A stretch of DNA of 64,000 bases from Gammaproteobacteria bacterium (GCA_963662545.2 CAXXLL010000002.1:576001-640000); one strand, 5' to 3'. Positions 29,816-40,388 are shown, counted from the stretch's first letter. Numbers and translations are program-made. Notes: generated from the sequence alone by a model not told the origin.

Positions 29816-30037
29816 TTGGGAGCTATCGCCATGGATAAACGCTTTATCGCGTACCTTCGAGCCTGCGTAGGTATCGGTAACTTATACAGAGTAATACTCG
29901 GCTACTGGATTTGCGCGCGAGGGGCCGAAGCAGCGCCGTTAGAATCCACGACTATGTTTATGTTTGTTCTCATTGGGAACGCTGTAACGATGGCGATATT
30001 GCAGCGAGCGCTCTGGCCGAAGGAAAAAAGCGAGTAG
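29816..30037 (+). CDS. small membrane hypothetical protein
   Basis: Two hydrophobic stretches; ends 6 nt before the next ORF. Confidence 0.35.
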   Translation: MGAIAMDKRFIAYLRACVGIGNLYRVILGYWICARGAEAAPLESTTMFMFVLIGNAVTMAILQRALWPKEKSE

Positions 30038-30043
30038 CTAACG

Positions 30044-30682
30044 ATGCCGAGAACACACAAGGGCCGACCTCCAATCCTCATGACTGTAAGCGGCGTTACC
30101 AAACCATTACAGCATTGGGCGGCTGAAAACGGGCTGAATCTCAATACCCTCCGCAAGCGCCTCAAAAGAGGTTTATCCCCCGAAAAAGCAATTGCCACGC
30201 CGGCGCAAAACAAAACAAGGCTGATCACCATCGATGGTGATACCCGTTCGTTGGCAGATTGGCTGCTCCATTACAACCTTAGCGACGTGACGTTCTATCG
30301 GCGTATTGCCCGAGGCTATTCCGAACAGGATGCAATCACCACTCCGCTGCGCATTACGGCATTGCCTCGTGCTGACAAATACAACAAACCGCTCAAGGGA
30401 CGAGCAGGCGTCTATACCATCCGATGTAAACCAACCAGGCGATACTACATAGGGAGCAGCACAAACCTGCTGAGCGCAAAGGGTAGCTGGTCATCTAGCC
30501 TCAAAGCCCAAAGCAAACGCTCGTTGCCGAAGCGATTGTTGCCCGATTTGCTAAAACACGGTGCCAGCAGCTTTGAGTTCCGCGTCCTCAAGTTTTGTAA
30601 ATCCGACCGCACACAAACAAGGAAAACGACATTGTTACGCCAGGCACACAAGAAACATCCAGGAAAGCTCTATAACCCTTGA
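30044..30682 (+). CDS. phage-type protein with two N-terminal repeated DNA-binding modules and a C-terminal GIY-YIG domain
   Basis: Repeats (TVSGVTKPLQHWA..RLKRGLSPEKAIATP and TIDGDTRSLADWL..RIARGYSEQDAITTP); GVY-x10-YIG..HG...FEF. Confidence 0.75.
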   Translation: MPRTHKGRPPILMTVSGVTKPLQHWAAENGLNLNTLRKRLKRGLSPEKAIATPAQNKTRLITIDGDTRSLADWLLHYNLSDVTFYRRIARGYSEQDAITTPLRITALPRADKYNKPLKGRAGVYTIRCKPTRRYYIGSSTNLLSAKGSWSSSLKAQSKRSLPKRLLPDLLKHGASSFEFRVLKFCKSDRTQTRKTTLLRQAHKKHPGKLYNP

Positions 30683-30756
30683 AAAATCACCGTTCGGCAG
30701 TGGCCGCTTTAGCCGGAGAATTGGGAAAAGGAATGAGAAGCCGTTGTTTAAGCCTA

Positions 30757-30840
30757 CGTCCGCTTACCCCGAAAGCAGCCATCACTGGCAATGCGCAATG
30801 CCTCACTTGACCATGGCGGCTGTCGGCCAACTCCGGACGT
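30757..30840 (+). repeat. divergent partial copy of the tripartite palindromic site (units 2 and 3)
   Basis: GTCCGC-TTACCCCGAAA-GCAGCC followed by GGCGGC-TGTCGGCCA-ACT-CCGGAC, with spacing within 1 nt of the other sites. Confidence 0.5.
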
Positions 30841-30985
30841 TCCAGCTCTCGCAACACGGCCCGTCGGTTATCGCGAAATGATTCGGCCGAGCTCCGAAAG
30901 TGGTGGCCCGGCTCAGCGCGCTGTATGGTTGCCCTGAAGCGCGCTTCCTGCTCCTATCTCCTGGGGGAGGGAGGGACTATCGAAC

Positions 30986-31280
30986 GTGAAATTTTCGGAA
31001 ATCATTGACCAAGCCAGCGACTTACTCCAGCGCAATGGACGGATCACGTACCGGGTGCTCAAGCGCGAGTTTGACCTCGATGATGCGCAGCTTGAGGACC
31101 TCAAAGAAGGTTTACTTTTTACTCACCCCGAGATTGAAGATGTCGATGGGCACGGGCTAGTGTTGACGAGCGGCGAGCGCAATCCGTACGGTGCAGTCGA
31201 ATGTCATAAAAGGGTCGGAGGTATCCTCAAGTGTTACTATCGGAGAGCGGCGTAACGGTGGGCTGGGTTTTGCCACACTA
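30986..31280 (+). pseudogene. N-terminal fragment of an adenylate/guanylate-cyclase-AAA-type protein joined to an IS transposase tail
   Basis: LLQRNGRITYRVLKREFDLDDAQLEDLKE.. then VECHKRVGGILKCYYRRAA* (rve-IS C-terminus-like) and a probable IS end TTTTGCCACACTACGGG. Confidence 0.5.
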
Positions 31281-31391
31281 CGGGGGTTCCAGTCTATCCG
31301 GCAGCACCCTACTGGATGGAGGATGTGTTAAGCCCGCGCGATACGCGCCGTCCCTGCCTGATTGATCGATTTGTATTGCGATCGTCTGCCG

Positions 31392-32195
31392 TCAAGCGGC
31401 CAAAAAATAGCCCACCTGCTCGCTCAGCAACTCACATTGTTCTAGCAATGGATCGTGACCACATTCCGGGATCATAGACAATTGCGCACCGCTGATCGAA
31501 TCCCTGAATTCAGACGCATAAACCGGTGGGATCAGACGATCGTTCTCACCCCAGACGATTAGACTCGGGGCGGTGATGCGGTGGATCCGTTTCTTCAATC
31601 CCTTGTCGGGAATGGGCCATATCACCTTGCCGGTACATCCGAGCGTCCAGATGAAGTGGACCTGCGCGCGTGCCGCCTCTTCCTCGTCATCCGGTAAGGC
31701 CAGCCGCCGCTGCACGCGAGGCTCGTCGAGACGATGGAACAAGATCTCCGGCAGATCGTCGAGTTCAGGAGCACACCAATCTGCGACTGTGTAGGGCGCG
31801 TCTTCACGCCAGAGCCCCATGGGGGATATCAATATGAGTTTTGTAATCTGACGCTTTCTCTGCGCCGCCAACTCGCAGGCCAAGAGCCCACCAAATGAAT
31901 GACCCATGAGCGTCGTCTGTTCTAAGCCCAAAGCATCGAGCACGTCATCGTAAGCGGTCACGACGTCCCACAAGCTGTCTACCGCCCTGATCAGATCCGG
32001 CTTGCCGGGCTCCGTACCCGGAAAATACGGTGCATACACCGTGTATCGATCTGCCAACTCGTCGAGAAAATCATCCCAATAGAACCCGCCCGCCGAGTGC
32101 AGGAACACGAGCGGATCGCCCTGGCCCGCGATGTTGGTCGTGATCTCGAGCGCGCCTCCGAGTACCGGCACCGTTTTAGTTTTCATGTCTTTCAC
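31392..32195 (-). CDS. alpha/beta fold hydrolase
   Basis: FLHSAGG, GHSFGG, WGENDRLIP, CGH catalytic triad. Confidence 0.9.
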   Translation of the reverse strand: MKDMKTKTVPVLGGALEITTNIAGQGDPLVFLHSAGGFYWDDFLDELADRYTVYAPYFPGTEPGKPDLIRAVDSLWDVVTAYDDVLDALGLEQTTLMGHSFGGLLACELAAQRKRQITKLILISPMGLWREDAPYTVADWCAPELDDLPEILFHRLDEPRVQRRLALPDDEEEAARAQVHFIWTLGCTGKVIWPIPDKGLKKRIHRITAPSLIVWGENDRLIPPVYASEFRDSISGAQLSMIPECGHDPLLEQCELLSEQVGYFLAA

Positions 32196-32222
32196 GTCGA
32201 GTTCCTCCGCTCCGTTTCGCGC

Positions 32223-33458
32223 TTACGCTGCTTTGCGCTTTTCTTCGCGAGCGCCTTGCGGCCACCAGTGATTCTCCCAGCCCTCATCGTCCCAGATACC
32301 ACGCAGGTGCGGGAGTACGTGCTTCCCGATGCGATCGATATTCTCCATGGCCTGCTCGTGACCCATGGAGCCGAACTGCGGCAGTAACATCAGGTTGCCG
32401 ATTCGCAACCGTTTGATGATTTCCGTCAGCCGCTCAGTCACTGTCTCCGCGCTACCCACGACGAGGTAATCCTGCTCATTGAAATCCTTGAAGCGATTGT
32501 TCTGCGTTTCCTCCAGCGTGGGTAGCGGTTTCTTGACCATCAGGTATTCGAGGCCACTGTGAGTGAGAAATCCCGGTGGAAAAAACAGGCTCGGCGGCAG
32601 CAGCAGCATCTTGTGATAGAAATATTCGGCGTGTTTAGCGTATTCCTTGGCGGCGCTCGCATCGGTTTCCGAGACACCGACCGGAATCAAATAACCTAAG
32701 CGGTAGGGATTCGGTTCACGTCCACCCTCCTCGACGCGGCGCCAATATCCATTGACAGCGGTATCTGCACCCTTCGCCCCGAAATACGTCAGATAGCAGT
32801 ACGCGTAGTCGTGCTCGACGACGAAGTCCCAAGTACCCGGGCTCGCATTACCCGGCACCCAGATCGGCGGATGCGGCTCCTGTACCGGCCGCGGCCAGAT
32901 GTTGACCATAGGCAGTTGGTAGTATTTGCCGTTCCACGCGAAGATCTCTTTTGCGGCCCAGGCTTTCTTTATCAAGTCGTGCGCTTCCTGGTAGCGCTCG
33001 CGCTGCGTTATCGGCGCATAGCCGTAGCTATAAGCAAAATCACCACCAACGCCAACGGGCATGCCGGCCACCATGCGGCCTTCCGAGATGCTGTCCAGCA
33101 TCGCGTACTCTTCGGCAACGCGGATCGGCGGGTTGACGAATACGGCCGTTTGACCCATTTGCACGATCGCGGTTTTCAAGTTGAGGTCCCGCGTCGCGCG
33201 AGCGAGGATGGAACCCATCATGTTCGGGTTAACCATGAAGCCGTACGCATTCTGGTGGTGTTCATTGGTACATACACCGTCAAAGCCCGACTTGGCCGCG
33301 AAGATCAGTTCATCGAGCGTCCAATTGTAGTATTGGGAGATCTTGTGACGGTCCGCGACTTCGTGGAACGGTAGCGTGAACCAGGCTGACTTGTGTTTAC
33401 TTAGGAAGTCGTCCGGCAGGTCGCGGTAAGGCATCAGGTGAAAGCAAGAGATCTTCAT
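32223..33458 (-). CDS. luciferase-like (LLM) flavin-dependent monooxygenase
   Basis: GFDGVCTNEHH, PIRVAEEYAMLDSISEGR, WPRPVQEPHPPIW; GAGGAG RBS. Confidence 0.92.
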   Translation of the reverse strand: MKISCFHLMPYRDLPDDFLSKHKSAWFTLPFHEVADRHKISQYYNWTLDELIFAAKSGFDGVCTNEHHQNAYGFMVNPNMMGSILARATRDLNLKTAIVQMGQTAVFVNPPIRVAEEYAMLDSISEGRMVAGMPVGVGGDFAYSYGYAPITQRERYQEAHDLIKKAWAAKEIFAWNGKYYQLPMVNIWPRPVQEPHPPIWVPGNASPGTWDFVVEHDYAYCYLTYFGAKGADTAVNGYWRRVEEGGREPNPYRLGYLIPVGVSETDASAAKEYAKHAEYFYHKMLLLPPSLFFPPGFLTHSGLEYLMVKKPLPTLEETQNNRFKDFNEQDYLVVGSAETVTERLTEIIKRLRIGNLMLLPQFGSMGHEQAMENIDRIGKHVLPHLRGIWDDEGWENHWWPQGAREEKRKAA

Positions 33459-33665
33459 TAAGGTTCTCCTCTCGAAGTAGCAGTCACATCTTCCGTGCGG
33501 CAGATTGTTTAGGGGCGTGTTTTGATTATAGACATAACTGTTTGCTGGCGAACGGTTACTATTTGTTCTTTTCGTGCCGGTTTAGAATGCATCCAATGAT
33601 GCTAGTAATGCTGGTCAATCGGCAAGCGCTGGTATGCCGCGCACCTATCCACTAGGCAAACGACT

Positions 33666-34694
33666 GTGCCGACCAACGTCTCTCCGGAATACAAGCGCGC
33701 CGAGTTAGCTTTCAAGCAGGCGCGGGAGCCGCAGGAGCGCCTCGAAGGACTGCGTGAGATGCTGCGCACCATTCCCAAGCACAAGGGCACGGAGCATCTG
33801 CAGGCTGACATCAAGGGCCGTATCAAGCAGCTTAGCGAGGAGTGCAAGGTCACAAGGAAAGGCGCGGCGCGCCGTGGCCCGCTACAGGTCGTGCGCCCGG
33901 AAGGCGCCGCGCAGGTCGCCCTGCTTGGACCGCCTAACGCTGGTAAGTCGAACCTGCACGCGCACGCGACCAGCTCTCACGCCGAGGTCGGACCGTATCC
34001 CTTCACCACGCACGAGCCCTTGCCCGGGATGCTGCCTTTCGAGGACATCCATTTCCAACTCATCGACTTGCCACCGGTCACCCGCGAGCATCCGGTACCT
34101 TGGATCGGCAACGCCTTGCAACCGGCCGACGCATGCTTGCTGGTTGTCGATCTACAGGATCCAGATTGCGTCGAGGCGGTGCTCGCGATCCGCGAGCTGC
34201 TCGCTGAGCGGCGCATTACGCTAAGTGAAAACTGGGACCACGCGACGGCCGGCGACGACATAGACGAAATGGAAATCGCTGATCCGTTTGCGATGGTACT
34301 GCCGACCTTGCTCATCGCTGCCAAAGTGGACTTGATGGCCGAACGCGAGGACGAACTAGCGGCCTTCCACGAGCTCATTGGGACGTATTTCCCTACGATT
34401 GAAACCTCGGTCGAGACCGGTGAGGGACTCGATGCGATCGGTCGATGGCTGTTCGAGAAACTCGGAATCGTGCGGGTATACACCAAGGCACCCGGCCGAC
34501 CCCCAGACAAATACAAACCGTTCACAGTACGCTGTGGCGATACCGTCCACGATGTGGCATTGCAGGTGCATCGCGACCTCGCCGATACGCTCAAGTTCGC
34601 GCGACTGTGGGGCGCGAGCGGGCGGTTCGATGGTCAGCAGGTGAGCCGCGACCATCCCGTCCGCGACGGGGACGTGTTGGAATTGCATTCTTGA
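33666..34694 (+). CDS. OBG/DRG-like GTPase with C-terminal TGS domain
   Basis: PKHKGTEHL, GPPNAGKS, YPFTT, DLPP, AKVD, RVYTK..VHRD..ARLWG..DGDVLELH. Confidence 0.9.
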   Translation: MPTNVSPEYKRAELAFKQAREPQERLEGLREMLRTIPKHKGTEHLQADIKGRIKQLSEECKVTRKGAARRGPLQVVRPEGAAQVALLGPPNAGKSNLHAHATSSHAEVGPYPFTTHEPLPGMLPFEDIHFQLIDLPPVTREHPVPWIGNALQPADACLLVVDLQDPDCVEAVLAIRELLAERRITLSENWDHATAGDDIDEMEIADPFAMVLPTLLIAAKVDLMAEREDELAAFHELIGTYFPTIETSVETGEGLDAIGRWLFEKLGIVRVYTKAPGRPPDKYKPFTVRCGDTVHDVALQVHRDLADTLKFARLWGASGRFDGQQVSRDHPVRDGDVLELHS

Positions 34695-34860
34695 TGCTCG
34701 CGAAGCGAGCCCATAACTCGCGCCGACTAGCATGATCTTCGTGTCCTGCGAAGGCGGGATCAACCACAACGAGATCGAAAACGCGACCGCGGAAGATCTC
34801 GAAGCGGGGTGTCATGTGTTGTACATGCGATCCCGGATCGAGCAACGAATTGAAGACCAT

Positions 34861-35214
34861 CTATGAGTCAGGCGCCGGTATCGCGCAGAAGTCATAAGCA
34901 CCCACACCTTGTACTAACAAAAACCGGCATCGCGACGGTCCATTATTCGAGACGAAGTGGGCGGCCTTGGCTTCGATTTGACACTCGTCGCCCGCCGCGA
35001 GGGTGAACGCCTGGCGCCCACCCTTGGTCTCGACTTTTAGATCGCCTTCTAAACAGTAGAACTGATCCACGATCGCTGTGTGGTAGTGCCAGGGGATGGA
35101 CTGCCCGGCTGCCAGCGTAATTTTGAGCACTCTGAGATCCGGTGTTTCGGCAAGGATGTCCGTGGCCTCGATTTCGTATTCGGTTTCCCAGGGTCGCGTA
35201 TTTGCTTGGTTCAT
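34861..35214 (-). CDS. cupin domain protein
   Basis: PWHYH..D.FYCLEG and AHFVSN cupin motifs. Confidence 0.85.
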   Translation of the reverse strand: MNQANTRPWETEYEIEATDILAETPDLRVLKITLAAGQSIPWHYHTAIVDQFYCLEGDLKVETKGGRQAFTLAAGDECQIEAKAAHFVSNNGPSRCRFLLVQGVGAYDFCAIPAPDS

Positions 35215-35235
35215 GGAGATTAGCCTTACTAATGT

Positions 35236-35988
35236 TTAACGACTGAACTGTTTGATCAACGCCGCCGAATCTGGATCTAAAGTGCCACGGATGGTCGCTT
35301 CGGTCTCTAGCGCCATCGCACCTTCGACGTCCAGGTAACAGGCCCGGTTGGAGATCCGTTTGAAATCGACCAAAGCATTCGTGGGAAGCTCTGCGATGCG
35401 GGCGGCGACCGCTTCCGCTTCTGCAAACAGCTGGTCGTCGGGTACCACCCGCCATGCGAGTCCGAGCTCGTGCAGACGCACGGCGCTTTGTTTTTCGCGT
35501 AGTAGCACCAGTTCCTTGAAGTTGGCGAGTCCGATTTGCCGCGGCGCGATCACCGTAGCACCACCCGTGAGAAACAAGCCCCATTCCAACTCAGGGAAAA
35601 ATCCACGCGCCGTTTCACCCCACAAGGCGAGGTCGCAATCGATCGCCCACTCGAAACCCGCGCCGACCGCCCAGCCGTGGATCGCGCCGATCACGACCTT
35701 GTTACCGAGCACGATTTCACGCGTGATGGCTTGAATGCGATCGATCTCGAAGCGCACGTCCTGCGCGCTGCGCCCTTCAGCATGATCGTCGAGGTCGTAT
35801 CCGGCACAAAAGGCGCGCCCCGCGCCGCGAAAGATGATCACCCGCGTATCGGCATCAGCGTTCGCTTCGCGAAATGCATCCAAGGTTGCAACCACCAGAT
35901 CGTCGTTAACGGCATTGAGCTTGTTAGGCCGGTTCAAGGTGATGGTGCGGATGCCGTCTTTGATGTCGTTCAATACGAGGTCGGACAT
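35236..35988 (-). CDS. enoyl-CoA hydratase/isomerase family protein
   Basis: ITLNRPNKLNA, AFCAGYDL, GWAVGAGFE, FPE; start chosen at MSDLV after GGAGG. Confidence 0.9.
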   Translation of the reverse strand: MSDLVLNDIKDGIRTITLNRPNKLNAVNDDLVVATLDAFREANADADTRVIIFRGAGRAFCAGYDLDDHAEGRSAQDVRFEIDRIQAITREIVLGNKVVIGAIHGWAVGAGFEWAIDCDLALWGETARGFFPELEWGLFLTGGATVIAPRQIGLANFKELVLLREKQSAVRLHELGLAWRVVPDDQLFAEAEAVAARIAELPTNALVDFKRISNRACYLDVEGAMALETEATIRGTLDPDSAALIKQFSR

Positions 35989-36110
35989 GTCGTTCCTCCG
36001 GAAAACTTCATCAACCATATGCGCATCCGGCTGGCGCGAAAAGGTGGCGCGCTTGCAGGGGGTCTGATCGCAGACGATCATGGCGGTCTCCCCATTGCCA
36101 GGAGCCACTC

Positions 36111-36965
36111 ATGGCCGCTACCATCATCGATTTTCGCGTGCGCCTGCCCATTGATCTCAGGCCGCCGCTGGAGGTGCCGCCCGCGGTCGCCGACCAATAC
36201 GATGCTGTTCTCGGGACTTCGACCTCATTCCAACGGACCTTAGCCGATCTGAAAGAGGAGATGGTGGAAAACGGCGTCGAGCATGCCATCGTCCACGCCG
36301 AATTCGAGTTCGGCGATCCGGCGGACGCCTTGAACGCCGCGGTAGCGCAACTGATCCAGGACGATTCTGAGCGTTTCAGCGGCATCGGCACGATCTCGGT
36401 GGAGCCGTTCGACATCATGCGGGCGCTAGGGCAAATGGCATTCTGCAAAGAAGCGGGCATGGTCGGGATCACCACTCAACCGTCGTTCTTCCACCTCGCA
36501 ATCAACGACCGGCGCCTCTATCCGATCTATGCCAAGGCGGTGGAACTCGATCTGATCACGTGTCTCCACACCGGCGTCAACTATGGCGTCACGCATCCTA
36601 TTCGGAATGATCACCCGCTGATGCTGGACGATGTCGCCTGTGATTTCCCGCAACTCACTTTGATCGCCTGTCACGCGGGCTGGCCCTGGACCGCGGAGAT
36701 GGTTGCGGTGGCACGCAAGCATCCCCGGGTGTACCTCGAATTCGGCGGCCTTGCGCCCAAATATGTCGGCGCTGCCGGGACGGGCTGGGAAGTCACGTAT
36801 CGATTCATGAACAGTGTCTTGGCTCGGCAGGTTTTATTCGGCACCGACTGGCCGGTGATCGCGCAAACTCGTGCGCTGTCGGAGTGGCGCGAGCTCGGCT
36901 TGAAACCGCGCGTGCTCGACAATTTACTCGGTGCGAATGCGGCGCGGTTGCTTGGGCGTAGCTAA
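36111..36965 (+). CDS. amidohydrolase family (Amidohydro_2) protein
   Basis: LYPIYAKA, LHTG, HAGWPW, LFGTDWP, LGANAARLL. Confidence 0.88.
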   Translation: MAATIIDFRVRLPIDLRPPLEVPPAVADQYDAVLGTSTSFQRTLADLKEEMVENGVEHAIVHAEFEFGDPADALNAAVAQLIQDDSERFSGIGTISVEPFDIMRALGQMAFCKEAGMVGITTQPSFFHLAINDRRLYPIYAKAVELDLITCLHTGVNYGVTHPIRNDHPLMLDDVACDFPQLTLIACHAGWPWTAEMVAVARKHPRVYLEFGGLAPKYVGAAGTGWEVTYRFMNSVLARQVLFGTDWPVIAQTRALSEWRELGLKPRVLDNLLGANAARLLGRS

Positions 36966-36987
36966 CGTCGCGATCGATGATCGCTAT

Positions 36988-37061
36988 GGGTCGATAGCCG
37001 CCTCCTCGCGGCAGCGCAGCACCTTTCCAAATCACGTCTGCAATGCGCTCATAAGCGGTCG
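36988..37061 (+). repeat. 74-bp conserved repeat, copy a
   Basis: GGGTCGATAGCCGCCTCCTCGCGGCAGCGCAGCAC-N9-TCACGTCTGCAATGCGCTCATAAGCGGTCG. Confidence 0.9.
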
Positions 37062-37246
37062 ACAAGTTCCCTGAAGCGTCGAGTCGAGAGGGTACGGCTG
37101 CAGTCGGCCAGGGGACGAAACCGCTATCGCGGTAGTGGTTAGCGAGGTCGTGGCGGAGTTGTAGTCAGTTCAGTTAGCAAGATGGGCCCTCCCTGTGTTG
37201 AGGTTGTTATCGCCAAACAACGACCAACAACACAGGAGACAAGCCC

Positions 37247-38131
37247 ATGACCCAGTCTAACAAAACCATCAGCCCGTTGTACGTCAACGCATGATCGACG
37301 ACATGACGTTGCGTCAGCTGCAGGAGAAAACGCAGACCGGATATCTGCGTTCCGTCAAACGCTTGACGAAGTTTCTGGGTCGCTCGCCGGATACGCGCGT
37401 CAGCCGAAGACCTGCGCGCGTTTCAAAAACAGTTGGTTGAACACGGCGCGTCGAGCGCGACCATCAATGCCACGATCCGCGGTCTACGGTTCTTCTTCGA
37501 GACCACCTTGGAACGCCCAGCGGCACTCAAACGGATGAGTCCGGTGCGGGTGCCGGAGCGCTTGCCGGTAGTCTTGAGCGTTGCAGACGTCACCCGCTTA
37601 CTAGACGCCGCGCCCAATCTGAAGTCGAAAGCCGCGCTGTCGGTGGCCTACGGTGCCGGCTTATGCGCCAGCGAAGTCTGCCACCTCAAAATCACCGACA
37701 TCGACAGTGAACGGATGATTATCCGGGTCGAGCAGGGTAAAGGTTCGCGCGACCGTCAAGCGATGCTCTCGCCCGCTTTGTTAGGTTTACTGCGCGCTTG
37801 GTGGCGCGACGGTCATCGCCGCGGCAAGATGCTCCCCAAGGGTTGGCTGTTCCCCGGCAGGGATCCCGTTGACCCGCTCTCACCTCGTCAACTCAATCGC
37901 ATGTGTCACTTCGCCGCGGCCACCGCCGAGTTGGATAAACAGATCTCCATGCACACCCTACGCCACAGTTTCGCGACGCACTTGCTCGAACAGCAGATCG
38001 ATATCCGGGTCATCCAGGTATTACTTGGCCACAAGAAGCTGACCACCACGGCGCGCTATGCCCATGTCGCAACGAAGGTGTTGAGCGACGTACAAAGTCC
38101 CCTCGACCGACTGAGCTTACCGACGCCGTAA
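37247..38131 (+). pseudogene. tyrosine recombinase with 5' frameshifts and catalytic R-to-C change (GLCASE)
   Basis: Closely similar to the intact 51660-52541 gene; indels near 37280 and 37395; HTLRH and LGH..Y motifs present. Confidence 0.85.
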
Positions 38132-38132
38132 C

Positions 38133-39289
38133 GTGGCGCGGCCACCGCTCGAGGTGGCAGATATTTTTAGACGCGACGGCGCGACCTGGCGTCAAGCGCA
38201 TGCCGGTCATATCAGCCTCGGCCAACTCAAGGTCATGTCTGCCATCGAACACTGCCGCACCGAGGCGCTCGGCGGGCACCTGTTGCATTGCGAGCCGTGC
38301 GATGCAGAGCGTATTGCCTATAACTCGTGCAGGAACCGCCATTGTCCGAAATGTCAGGGACGTAAAGCAGCGCAATGGCTCGAACACCGTCAAGCAGAGC
38401 TGTTGCCGGTCGCGTATTACCATATCGTGTTCACCCTACCCGCACTGATCGCCGAGTTTGCCTATCAGAATAAAGCCGTGGTCTATGACCTGCTGCTTCA
38501 GAGGTGTCTGCTGCAACGCTCTCCACCATCGCCGCCGATCGCAAACACCTGGGCGCCCAGATCGCAATGACCTCGGTGTTGCATACCTGGGGCTCGGCAC
38601 TCACCCATCATCCGCATGTCCATTGCATCGTGCCCGGCGGCGGACTCGATGGCGAGACCTGGGTGCCGTGCAAACGGGGGTTCTTCCTGCCGGTACGGGT
38701 GTTGTCGCGACTGTTCCGGCGCTTGTTTCTGGAGCGGCTCCACCAGGCACACCGTGACGGGCAGCTACACTTCTGCGGTGACTTGGCGACTCTCGCCAAC
38801 CGCGCATCGTTCGACCAGTATCTGGCACCATTGGCGCAAACGGATTGGTTCGTCTACGTCAAACAACCCTTTGCCGGACCCCAAGCGGTGCTGGCTTATC
38901 TGTCGCGCTACACCCACCGCCTCGCCATCTCCAACCATCGGCTCATCGCCCATGATGCGCGTGGCGTCACCTTCCAATGGCAGGACTATCGCAGCAAACG
39001 CCGGGTGCGCTACCAACCCATGACGCTCGCCACCGATGAGTTCATCCGGCGCTTCCTGAACCACGTCTTACCCAGGGGCTTCCATCGCATCCGTCATTAC
39101 GGCTTGCTCGCCAATCCGGTGCGACGCGATAACCTGGCCCGCTTGCGCCGAGCACTCGATATGCACCACGAGCCCGACGTCGAAACACAACCAATTACGA
39201 CACCTTCGCCGACCTTCGTGTGTCGAACCTGTGGCGCGCCCTTACAGATCGTCGAGATCCTAAACCCGAGAACTCGGTCACCGCCATGA
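38133..39289 (+). pseudogene. IS91-family rolling-circle transposase, frameshifted near 38500
   Basis: Zn finger (CRNRHCPKC), HPHVH (HUH), YLSRY (Y2), RIRHYG split over two frames. Confidence 0.88.
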
Positions 39290-39689
39290 CATCGGCTTCT
39301 ACTGACAACAATGACAGGCAGCACGCAGCGGTGTTGGCGATCTCTTATTGCCTCAGCCGTGGCAGACACCCGAACCGCGCGATCAAAACCAACCGATCAC
39401 TCGCTAAAACCGCTCTCAAAAGCATCGATAGCGCCGACATCGGACTTCGAATCGCCGCGCACCACCACACCGTCGACCCACTGCCCTAAACAATCCCCAT
39501 AGCCACGCCCCGCGGTTTCCTCCCCTGGGCGTTATCGAACACCCGCCTCAACGCTGTCGCAGAACCGCGCCCTTGTGCCGTTGCGGGTGTCCAATAACCC
39601 TAACCATGAGCGGTCATAAACATGAAGCGACGAGTTTCTACTCTCACTCCCCACATTCTGGATCGCTGAAACTTCCGACACATGAACGC

Positions 39690-40238
39690 TCACCGGCAGC
39701 TGCTTGACCTGTACTTAACAGGAAGCGTACCACCGCGGCAATCCCACCTAACCCTAGCGTCCTCAATGGACGGTGTGAGCACGATAGTGTGGCTATCACA
39801 GATTTCAACCAAAGTGATGGTTATTACTCCTTGCTCACCTACGGAGACTGAATCAGTCCAGTAACTACTGATCTCTCCAGGGGCAGCCAACTCTGCTTGC
39901 TCGTTACTCGAAGGTAGTTTGCCATGACGCGCAAAATACTCGCTGACAGCGTTTTTACCAGCGCTTGCGAGCGATAGGCTCTCGGTAAACACTTCACGAA
40001 CGAACGGGAGTTGGCTTTGCAAGTACATCGATAGCACCAACGCTACGACGGGAAAGACAAATGCGAGCCCGATGGAAAGGCGATTATGGTTTTTGATTGC
40101 TTCGCGAACTTTCGGCGACACGAATGAAACGAGTACAGACAGAATGCCGAGTGCGAAAGCAATTAGGGCCGTCCACCCGAAGAAACTTGACAAGAAATCG
40201 ATGACTCGCAGATTTTCGGGAATGCAAATTTTGTACAT
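39690..40238 (-). CDS. pilin-domain membrane protein lacking the prepilin N-terminus
   Basis: Two TM segments then SLASAGKNAVSEYF..G.LPSSNEQA..GVITIT..WDC..KYRSSSCR type IVa pilin head; no GFTLIE. Confidence 0.75.
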   Translation of the reverse strand: MYKICIPENLRVIDFLSSFFGWTALIAFALGILSVLVSFVSPKVREAIKNHNRLSIGLAFVFPVVALVLSMYLQSQLPFVREVFTESLSLASAGKNAVSEYFARHGKLPSSNEQAELAAPGEISSYWTDSVSVGEQGVITITLVEICDSHTIVLTPSIEDARVRWDCRGGTLPVKYRSSSCR

Positions 40239-40388
40239 GCCGGATGGTTCTCAATGCGCGTGGAATAAGGAATCATATCCTGATTCTGAATTGGTGCCGA
40301 AGAGCTGATGCAAAAGATGCTACAACCGTGTGGTCGCCCGTGTGTCGCAGTCGAACCTATGGATTCCTGCAACCGCGAAGTCCTAATT

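Larger units (their letters stand above)
37111..39606 (+). mobile_element. tyrosine recombinase + IS91-family (Y2) transposase element, copy 1
   Basis: Left end G(G/A)GGAC(G/T)AAACCGC..CGCGGTA shared by all three copies; right end ..AACCCTAACCA; two-gene int-tnp layout. Confidence 0.88.
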
